This document shows positions 57,619 through 64,000 of a stretch of DNA of 64,000 nucleotides, in pieces. How positions within the stretch are numbered: position 1 is the first letter of the stretch; each line of letters starts with the position of its first letter. The DNA is from an uncultured Alphaproteobacteria bacterium (GTDB lineage: Bacteria; Pseudomonadota; Alphaproteobacteria; ATCC43930; CGMCC-115725): positions 175,629 through 239,628 of the forward strand of contig CAWGFH010000004.1 in NCBI GenBank assembly GCA_963821795.1. Reading direction: 5' to 3'. The notes beneath the pieces are model-generated. The model was not told the DNA's origin, searched no databases, and worked only from the letters and a program-made list of their open reading frames with translations. The translations under genes were made by a program, and so were the position numbers.

Positions 57619-57921
57619 TCAATAGCAAGCCCCGACATTGCGTGCCGCGCCGCGGCGCGCCGCTCCGCCAACACCGCCGACGGCGGCGCCGATTGCCGCA
57701 CCGCGGCCGGCATTGCCGGCGATGGCTCCGAATACCGCTCCTCCGGCGGCTCCGCGAGCTGCTCCGCGAAACGGTCCGGGCGTTACCGCGGGGCAGGGCG
57801 GGGGTCCGAAATTAGGTGGTGGTCGGGAGCCCGGCGGCGGACCGAATTGAGCGCTGGCGGAGCCGGGCAGGATCGCGGTGACCCATAGGGCGGCGCCGAG
57901 CGCAAGAATTAACCGAACCAT
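57619..57921 (-). CDS. Secreted glycine-zipper-type small protein (100 aa)
   Basis: ATG at 57921. Signal ..ILPGSASAQ, a Pro-rich segment, then GAAGGAVFGAIAGNAGRGAAIGAAVGGVGGAA. Confidence 0.55.
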   Translation of the reverse strand: MVRLILALGAALWVTAILPGSASAQFGPPPGSRPPPNFGPPPCPAVTPGPFRGAARGAAGGAVFGAIAGNAGRGAAIGAAVGGVGGAARRGAARNVGACY

Positions 57922-58084
57922 CTGTCGACACCGCACGCCGGCCGAGGCTGGATCGCCGCAGGCTTCAAGTTCGGCAATATTACCGGGCGGGCATCGTGGT
58001 CGCAATCGCCCCGAGTTTCTAAGGGAAACGAAAGCGCTCCGCCTGCCTGAGCGCCCGGGTGCTGAACTTGTGGCCTCCTCTGCC

Positions 58085-58116
58085 GCATCCCCCGAAAGAA
58101 AGCTTTCGGAGGATGC
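58085..58116. terminator. Hairpin (14-bp stem with 1 mismatch, 4-nt loop) 14 nt downstream of the stop of the 782-aa gene
   Basis: GCATCCCCCGAAAG-AAAG-CTTTCGGAGGATGC. No clear U-tract follows, so its function as an intrinsic terminator is uncertain. Confidence 0.4.
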
Positions 58117-58129
58117 ATCGAGCGAGGAG

Positions 58130-60478
58130 TTACAGCGGCTGTGCCGGCAGGACGTTGGTGTCGGTGCGCGGCACGATCGCCCATTTCGGGTCGTTGGCGA
58201 AATCAGGCACCTTGGAATAGACGTTCGCCTTGAACCATGCCCAGGCCTGGGCGGCCCGAGGCTGGTTCTGGTCGACCGTCATCGCCAATCCGGGGGTCAG
58301 CCATACCTCGCGCCCGTCGCTGGCGATATTATCCATGAAGTAAGCGGGGAATCCGCCGCCGCCGCAGCAGTTCGGCGTCAGGTTGAGCGAAGTCATCCAC
58401 GACGCCCAGGTGCTGTACCAACCGGTCCTGCCCGATCCCAACGGGCCGTCCTCGTAATAGCCGACCAGGGTCGGCATCCCGCTGTCGAGGATCATCCCGA
58501 TCGGGAATAATGCCGACATGCCATTGATCGCCTGCATCGGGAAACCAAGCTCGGCGGCCCGGCCGATCGCGTACTGGACATACCACTGCATCCACGGATC
58601 GGAAAAACCGCCGGTCGTGGTGTTCAGCCATTGGGGGTCGTTGATGCAAGCCGTGTAGGCGAGGGTCGGGTCGCAGATGCTGCCCCACTCCTTGAGCGGC
58701 GGAACCTGTCCGGTGAACGGCCCGGCGTTGGTGGTCTGCTCGTTGCCGACCTTTTGCCCCCAAGCCTTTTCCGGCGTTCCGTCAAACGATGTGCCGGTGA
58801 GACCAAACCCGCCCTCCCAACGGGCGATGGCCTCGTCGGTCAGCGCCGTGAAATAGGACTTTTCCGGGGTGCCGTCCGGCTCGGCAAAAGCGGTCTCGGC
58901 CCGGTTGCGCAGCGTCCAAGCATCCCCGCGCAGCTGGTCGTGGATCGCCCCGCCATATGCTTGGGTCGATGGATACGGCCCGCAGCCTTGTCCGATCGTC
59001 GGCGTGCCGCCCCAGCAGTTGAACGCGGTGATCGACGCCCAAAAGGTCATCTCTTCGAGATAGAATGGGTCGCCGGTCAGAATGTATTGCGGATAGAACG
59101 CCTGCGCCTGGTGCGCACCGTCCCAGCCCCACGGATCGCCTTTATCGACTGAGGCGCTGACGGCTTTGAGATTGTCGGCCGCCTTTCCCCAATTGAACAG
59201 GCCGTTGCCGCCGGTGGTCAACTGACCAAAAGCGCTCTGCCGGTCGGCATGCGAGATCGGCAGGCCAAACCCGCTGGCAGGGGTGACACCGGTGGGATCG
59301 GTAATCAGGAAGCGCTTGGTCGGGTCGGTTTCGCGGACATGCATCGGCCAGGATGCGGCCTGGTCGGCGAGCCCGAGCGCCACCTGGCGCATCCGCCAGT
59401 CGCCGGTATAGAGCCACAGCGCGGTCCAGGCGGGATAGGGGGCGATGTCCTGGCGGGCGCCGGTCGACGGCATGGCGCTCTGCCAGGTCGTGCTGTTGGT
59501 CGGTTGATCCCACGAGCCGTCATAAATGTCGTTGGCGTTTTGGGCATAGCTTGCGTATTCGGCGGCAACGGCAGTCGGCGACACGGTGATCGAGGTGTCG
59601 AAATTCGGCAGGAAGCGGGTGCTCTCGAGATAGGCGAGGTTGTTGTCGATATTGACCTGGGCCGACGGGGTGCCGCCGATCCAGAACCTCCTGGTCCATC
59701 GGCTCCCGGCCCAATGCAATTTGGGATTGGCCGCTTGCGTGCCGGTCAGGTCGGCGGAATAGACCTTTTGACCGTCCATGGACAGGTTCAGCTTGTAGGC
59801 GAGGTCCTCGATCTCGGTCGACAACCCGTTCTCGCCGACAGCGCGGACAAACACCTGATGCGTCGCCGGCCAGAAGGTCGCGAAAAAGCGCGGCCGGAAC
59901 GGATGGTAGCCGTCGCCAAAGCCGATGTCGTATTTGCGCGCGGTGGTATCGTCGGCCAGTTCGATGGTCTGCGCCACCGGCCCCGAGGTCCACAGCTTGT
60001 AGTCGCCGTTCTGCAACATAGCGCGCGGCCCGACAGGCCCAATCGCACCCGTAGTGCTCATAAGCGTCAGTTCACCGACGAACCCATAGCTCGGATCGAG
60101 CATTTGCGCCTGGGTCAGCGGGGTGTTGTTGCCCATGGTCTGGTTTTGGAAGGTCAGGGTCGAGGAGCCGCTGGCCGGCAAGCTCGGAATGACGACCGCG
60201 ATCACCGCAAATTCGACCGAGCCGTCGGGGTAGCGGTTCTTGACATCGGCCTGGGTGGCGACCGGCTGACCATTGATCAGCACCTGCGGCTGGTTGGCGA
60301 TGGCACCGTCGAGAAACGGCCGGCCGAACTGAAACGGATAATTGCTGATCGGCGCACCGCTCGCATTGGTGATCGTAATTGAATTCGTTGGCCCTGAAGT
60401 TGGCGCGGTCGCGGCAAATGAGGTTACGGATAAAGCTGAAACGGCCATAGCTGCAGCTAAACTGCAAAAGCGTAGCAT
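58130..60478 (-). CDS. Large secreted protein (782 aa), family not recognised; possibly a carbohydrate-active enzyme
   Basis: Signal MLRFCSLAAAMAVSALSVTSFAATAP. The N-terminal part looks like a beta-sandwich (..FQFGRPFLDGAI..NRYPDGSVEFAVIAV..). The Trp/Tyr-rich central region is reminiscent of alpha/alpha-toroid lyases or hydrolases. The ORF is fully intact. Confidence 0.65.
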   Translation of the reverse strand: MLRFCSLAAAMAVSALSVTSFAATAPTSGPTNSITITNASGAPISNYPFQFGRPFLDGAIANQPQVLINGQPVATQADVKNRYPDGSVEFAVIAVVIPSLPASGSSTLTFQNQTMGNNTPLTQAQMLDPSYGFVGELTLMSTTGAIGPVGPRAMLQNGDYKLWTSGPVAQTIELADDTTARKYDIGFGDGYHPFRPRFFATFWPATHQVFVRAVGENGLSTEIEDLAYKLNLSMDGQKVYSADLTGTQAANPKLHWAGSRWTRRFWIGGTPSAQVNIDNNLAYLESTRFLPNFDTSITVSPTAVAAEYASYAQNANDIYDGSWDQPTNSTTWQSAMPSTGARQDIAPYPAWTALWLYTGDWRMRQVALGLADQAASWPMHVRETDPTKRFLITDPTGVTPASGFGLPISHADRQSAFGQLTTGGNGLFNWGKAADNLKAVSASVDKGDPWGWDGAHQAQAFYPQYILTGDPFYLEEMTFWASITAFNCWGGTPTIGQGCGPYPSTQAYGGAIHDQLRGDAWTLRNRAETAFAEPDGTPEKSYFTALTDEAIARWEGGFGLTGTSFDGTPEKAWGQKVGNEQTTNAGPFTGQVPPLKEWGSICDPTLAYTACINDPQWLNTTTGGFSDPWMQWYVQYAIGRAAELGFPMQAINGMSALFPIGMILDSGMPTLVGYYEDGPLGSGRTGWYSTWASWMTSLNLTPNCCGGGGFPAYFMDNIASDGREVWLTPGLAMTVDQNQPRAAQAWAWFKANVYSKVPDFANDPKWAIVPRTDTNVLPAQPL

Positions 60479-60769
60479 ACTGGAAGCCCTCGATGGGATC
60501 CGACCTACATCCCCCGATTGTTGGTCGTTGTCACACCGTAGGCCTGAAATCGTTTATAAAACTTGATCAGAATTTTGGTTTTGTTCGGTTATCGTTCAAA
60601 TTGATTCTAATCTCAGATGCGCCCGCCATCTTCCATTTACTTGGGTCGGGATGGCGTGGCTCAGCGTGCCCAGGCGCGCCCAGCGAAAGGTGAATAGTGA
60701 GGAATTTGCCGAGGGGACGAGTTTCCGGCGGCGTTCTGCTGCCGAGGATAGAAACAACCGGCCGTATCT

Positions 60770-61219
60770 TCAGGCGCCTTGTGGCTGCGGTGCCGGCCCC
60801 TCCGGATGGCGGCGGCGTTCGGCCATGAACTCGTCGAACTCGGCCTTGTCCTTGGCATGCCGCAGGCGGTCAAGAAATTCCATGAACTCGCGCTGTTCCT
60901 CTTCAAGCCGCCGCAAGGTCTCCTCGCGATACTCGTCAAATGCCCTATTGCCGGTCGTGGAACGCGACCGGGCCCGACCACCACCGCAGCCCCAGCGCTC
61001 GGCCGCTTCTTGCATCCGTCCCATCCGCTGCTGCATCCGCTCCATGCGCCGCTGCCAGCGGGTCGCGCTGCCCTGCGTAAAGCATGCCATTCGTCCACTC
61101 CCAATCAGAAATCCGAGAATGACAAGTCCGAGCGGCCACCACACCATGAAACCGAGGATCGTCAACCCGATCCACGCCGGCTTGCCGATGTCGTCGAGAT
61201 GCCCCGCTATGTGGTGCAT
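60770..61219 (-). CDS. DUF2852-domain membrane protein
   Basis: ATG at 61219 (GAGG 6 nt upstream). ..KPAWIGLTILGFMVWWPLGLVILGFLIG.. and C-terminal NRAFDEYREETLRRLEEEQREFMEFLDRLRHAKDKAEFDEFM match the DUF2852 pattern. Confidence 0.7.
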   Translation of the reverse strand: MHHIAGHLDDIGKPAWIGLTILGFMVWWPLGLVILGFLIGSGRMACFTQGSATRWQRRMERMQQRMGRMQEAAERWGCGGGRARSRSTTGNRAFDEYREETLRRLEEEQREFMEFLDRLRHAKDKAEFDEFMAERRRHPEGPAPQPQGA

Positions 61220-61228
61220 GGCGGCCTC

Positions 61229-61254
61229 ATGTGAATGTGATCTAACATTTACAT
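61229..61254. promoter_or_regulatory. Inverted repeat ATGTGAATGT-N6-ACATTTACAT (1 mismatch) upstream of the DUF2852 gene; candidate TetR operator
   Basis: Lies 10-35 nt upstream of ATG 61219. It shares the ATGTGAA half-site with the palindrome upstream of tetR. Confidence 0.35.
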
Positions 61255-61289
61255 AGCGCGGGACGGACTGCCTGTCAAGCACGATGCCC

Positions 61290-61946
61290 TCAGCCTTCCG
61301 GCCGGTCCGGTTCGGCGATGATCCCGAGGCCGCGCAGATATATCAGCATGCCGGCCTCGAGCAGGTCTTCGGCGGACATCGGCAATCGGCGCCGGCCGCT
61401 GTCGCCGCGAGCGAACAAGGAGGCGATCCCGTGCGACAGCGCCCAGACATGGAGGCTCATCATCAGTGACGGCGGCCGCTTTTCCGATGGCACACGCATG
61501 CACAAGATCTCGGAGGCATGGCGCAGCACGGCAAAGGCACGCTCGCCCGCCTGCCGCAGGGCCGGGTCGTCGTCGGATGAAAGGCCGGCCTCGAACATGG
61601 CCGAATAATAGGCCGGCTCGCCGCGGGCAAAGGCGAGATAGGCGCGGCCGACATTCTCGAAAGCGGCGAACGGATCCGGCCGGCCGTCGTTCCAGGCGCG
61701 CTCCAGGTGTACAGCAAACAGCTCGAAGCCGCGCCGCGCGACGTCGGCGATTAGCGCATCACGGTCACGAAAATGCCGATAGGGCGCGGCCGAGCTGACT
61801 CCGGCCGAGCGCGCAGCATCGGCAAAGGTGAAACCGCCCGGACCTTTTTGGGCGATCAGATCGAGCGCGGCCTGGATCAGCGCCTCGCGCAGGTTCCCGT
61901 GATGATAGCCGCGACGCCCCTCCGGCCCCCGACCCGACCAGCTCAT
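61290..61946 (-). CDS. TetR/AcrR-family transcriptional regulator
   Basis: 218 aa. HTH region NLREALIQAALDLIAQKGPGGFTFADAARSAGVSSAAPYRHFRDRDAL. Confidence 0.85.
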   Translation of the reverse strand: MSWSGRGPEGRRGYHHGNLREALIQAALDLIAQKGPGGFTFADAARSAGVSSAAPYRHFRDRDALIADVARRGFELFAVHLERAWNDGRPDPFAAFENVGRAYLAFARGEPAYYSAMFEAGLSSDDDPALRQAGERAFAVLRHASEILCMRVPSEKRPPSLMMSLHVWALSHGIASLFARGDSGRRRLPMSAEDLLEAGMLIYLRGLGIIAEPDRPEG

Positions 61947-61963
61947 CGACCCGACCAGCTCAT
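61930..61963. repeat. Perfect 17-bp tandem duplication (CGACCCGACCAGCTCAT x2) spanning the tetR start codon
   Basis: 61930-61946 and 61947-61963 are identical. On the coding strand this gives ATGAGCTGGTCGGGTCG twice. Confidence 0.9.
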
Positions 61964-61980
61964 GTGAAATGCTTTTACAT
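61962..61980. promoter_or_regulatory. Imperfect palindrome ATGTGAAATGCTTTTACAT (7 of 9 pairs) overlapping the distal ATG copy; candidate TetR operator
   Basis: Pairing was checked by hand. It lies directly upstream of the duplicated tetR 5' end. Confidence 0.35.
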
Positions 61981-62129
61981 CAGTTTGACGCGTAAGCGCA
62001 GGCACGATCGCCACTGCACGCGGGATTTTCGTTCACCGCAAAGTCGGATGACGGGATAATTCGATTGATGATCGCTGCGCCGTCGACTCCGTTGACCGGC
62101 GATGACCCCGCAGCACGACGACCTATGGG

Positions 62130-62666
62130 TTGTGGAAGGCCCTGCCGCGCTTGACGATCTTCTTCACCAGCGACACCCATTTCGGCCACGGCGGCGCGCT
62201 CGGGCTATATCGTCGGCCGTTCGCCTCGGTCGCTGCGATGAACGAGGCGATCATCGAGAGCTGGAACGATACCGTTGCACCCGACGACGAGGTTTGGCAC
62301 CTCGGCGATTTCGCGATCCGCCAGCCGGCGGTGGTCGTGGCCGAGCTTCTCGGCCGGCTGCACGGCGACAAGCATCTTGTCGCCGGCAACAACGATCCGC
62401 CGGCGACAACCGAGCTAGACGGCTGGGCCAGCGTGCAGCCCTATACCGAGATCACGACCGACGGCGTCTCGCTGGTGCTGTGCCACTACCCGTTTCGCAG
62501 CTGGCGCGGCATGAACAAGGGCTGGCTCAATCTGCACGGCCACAGCCACGGGCGGATCGAGCCGAAGCCGCGGCAATATGATGTCGGCGTCGACGTCTGG
62601 GGTTTCCGCCCGGTCAAGTTGACCGAAATCCTGGCCTCGAACAAGCGCGCCCGGCCGATTTCGTGA
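62130..62666 (+). CDS. Metallophosphoesterase-family protein
   Basis: ..IFFTSDTHFGHGGAL..NEAIIESWN..VWHLGDFA..GNND..HGHSHG. The start may be TTG 62130 or TTG 62151 (MTIFFTSDTHFGH). Confidence 0.8.
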   Translation: MWKALPRLTIFFTSDTHFGHGGALGLYRRPFASVAAMNEAIIESWNDTVAPDDEVWHLGDFAIRQPAVVVAELLGRLHGDKHLVAGNNDPPATTELDGWASVQPYTEITTDGVSLVLCHYPFRSWRGMNKGWLNLHGHSHGRIEPKPRQYDVGVDVWGFRPVKLTEILASNKRARPIS

Positions 62667-62758
62667 CACCTAGCCGGCGCGCAGGGTCGCCGAACCGTCG
62701 AGCGCTATCGGCTTGATGGTGGGCCGTGGGCAGCAGCGGGGCTTTTTACCCCCGGACC

Positions 62759-63472
62759 TCAGCAGCCGAGCTTGACGGCGAGATCGATAAAGCTGTCAGA
62801 AATCACGTCGAAATCGTGTTCAGCCTTGAAATCCCGGGTCTTGTTGGGACCTTGCTCGAACGGGCGGTTGACATAGGCGGTGCAGAAGCCACGGCCGCGG
62901 GCCGCCAGCAGATCGGCATTGTGCGCCGCAACCATCATGCACTGTCCGGGCTTCAGATCGAGGAAGGCGGCGGTGCGGTCATAGCATTCGGGCTGCGGCT
63001 TGTAGGCCCGCGCCGGTTCGGCGCCGAGGATCGCGTCCCACGGCAGTCCGGCGTATTTGGCCATGTTGACCATCAGCGCAATATTGCCGTTCGAACAAGT
63101 CGCCAGGATGTATTTGCGCTTGAGCCGGGTCAGGCCCTCTACCGTGTCCGGCCAGCCGTCGAGACGATGCCAGGCCCGGTTGAGATGGTCGATCTCCGCT
63201 TCGCTGAGCCCCGAGATCCCGAACTCGGGCAGCAGGCCGACCAGATTTTCCCGATGCAAATCATCGAGCCGGGTCCATGGCCGCTCGCCGTTGCGCACCT
63301 TGGCCATCGCCGGCTGGTAGCGCGCCCGCCACTGATCGGCAAAGGCGTGCCAATCCTTGTCATAACCCTTCGGCGCAAGGGCAGCCTTGGCCTCGCGCGC
63401 GATGCTGTCGCGCCAGTTCACCACCGTGCCGAACACATCGAAAGTCAGGGCCTTTACATCCGCAAGCGCCAT
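62759..63472 (-). CDS. Haloacid dehalogenase type II (HAD superfamily)
   Basis: 237 aa. ALTFDVFGTVVNW (DxFG motif I variant), ..LATCSNGN.., ..MVAAHNADLLAARGRGF... Confidence 0.75.
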   Translation of the reverse strand: MALADVKALTFDVFGTVVNWRDSIAREAKAALAPKGYDKDWHAFADQWRARYQPAMAKVRNGERPWTRLDDLHRENLVGLLPEFGISGLSEAEIDHLNRAWHRLDGWPDTVEGLTRLKRKYILATCSNGNIALMVNMAKYAGLPWDAILGAEPARAYKPQPECYDRTAAFLDLKPGQCMMVAAHNADLLAARGRGFCTAYVNRPFEQGPNKTRDFKAEHDFDVISDSFIDLAVKLGC

Positions 63473-63639
63473 TGTCCGATCCTGCTAGTGCTTGTCGACA
63501 TTGCCATCGGCGCTGCGCCGAACCGGCGCCGCGTTAATGCGGGAGGCCGGTTGGCGAAATCGTGCCTCACCCCAACCGGCCAAATTCCAAAACCGTCGGA
63601 GCCCGCCCGCGAGCGCAGGCGGGCTCTGGCCAAGCTCGA

Positions 63640-64000
63640 TTAGCGCACCGGCGAGAACACGGCCGGGATCAGCAGCTTGTTTTCCTGGCGGATCGGGCGC
63701 ACCCCGGCCTGTGGCGGCCATGAACGGCCGGGCTTGCGCGATTCTTCGCGGATGCGGGCGCGGTCGTTGAGATCCTTGTACACCCAGGTGTGGACGAACT
63801 TATTGAGCCCGCCGAGTTCGCTCGTCCAGCAGGCCGCGAGCGGCGAAAGCTTCTCGCGATCGGGAACGGCCTTGGCCCACGCCTCCAGCACCTTCGGGAT
63901 GTCGCCCGGCGCATAGGTATAGGTGCGCATCTCATAGACATTCCCGGTGCCATAATTCCGGCTGCCCAGGGGTTGCATGAACGGCGCGGGAATCATGATT
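63640..64000 (-). CDS. NIPSNAP-family protein, 5' part outside the window
   Basis: ..NVYEMRTYTYAPGDIPKVLEAWAKAV..KFVHTWVYKDLNDRARIRE..NKLLIPAVFSPVR*. The preceding ..IPAPFMQPL resembles the end of a first NIPSNAP repeat. The gene therefore probably continues past 64000. Confidence 0.7.
   Translation of the reverse strand, partial: IMIPAPFMQPLGSRNYGTGNVYEMRTYTYAPGDIPKVLEAWAKAVPDREKLSPLAACWTSELGGLNKFVHTWVYKDLNDRARIREESRKPGRSWPPQAGVRPIRQENKLLIPAVFSPVR

Noticed and set aside
1-64000. Programmed ribosomal frameshifting or transcriptional slippage as an explanation for the frame changes
   Set aside because: There are too many events, in unrelated genes and in both directions. I saw no slippery heptamers or downstream structures, and several events occur within single short genes.
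1-64000. Search for CRISPR arrays, tRNA/rRNA genes, integrases, phage structural genes and retron/DGR reverse transcriptases
   Set aside because: I found none. The only tandem repeats are the 30-bp coding repeats (56051-56140) and the 17-bp duplication (61930-61963). No cloverleaf-like or rRNA-like segments turned up in the intergenic regions I read.

Overview
High-GC, alphaproteobacterial-type (Hyphomicrobiales-like; organism call is inference only) chromosomal segment with about 65 protein-coding genes. I saw no rRNA, tRNA, CRISPR array, integrase or intact transposase. Contents: housekeeping genes (TrmH-family methyltransferase, DTW protein, galU, phosphomannomutase-type mutase, S11 carboxypeptidase with SPOR domain, phasin); two branched-chain-amino-acid-type ABC operons; many flavin-dependent oxygenase and hydrolase genes; a NodT-MFP-RND efflux operon; a run of small secreted Gly-rich proteins next to a 782-aa secreted protein of unrecognised family; and a TetR-DUF2852 pair. 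Main observations: (1) At least 30 single-base frame disruptions hit at least 16 otherwise recognisable genes. They are strongly clustered (17.3-19.3 kb, 27.3-32.1 kb, 54.1-55.9 kb) and usually sit at short mononucleotide runs. The cause is either patchy consensus error or regional gene decay; the sequence alone cannot decide. (2) A small AT-rich islet carries a higB-higA pair followed by a tightly linked 280-aa membrane-anchored helical protein with no family I recognise. This is the best candidate for an undescribed module, but its function is unknown. (3) Small structural features: a 17-bp tandem duplication across the tetR start codon, 30-bp coding repeats in a Gly/Tyr-rich secreted protein, tandem paralogues sharing a 31-nt identical block, and candidate operator palindromes. 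All family calls were made by eye from motifs; no database search was run.
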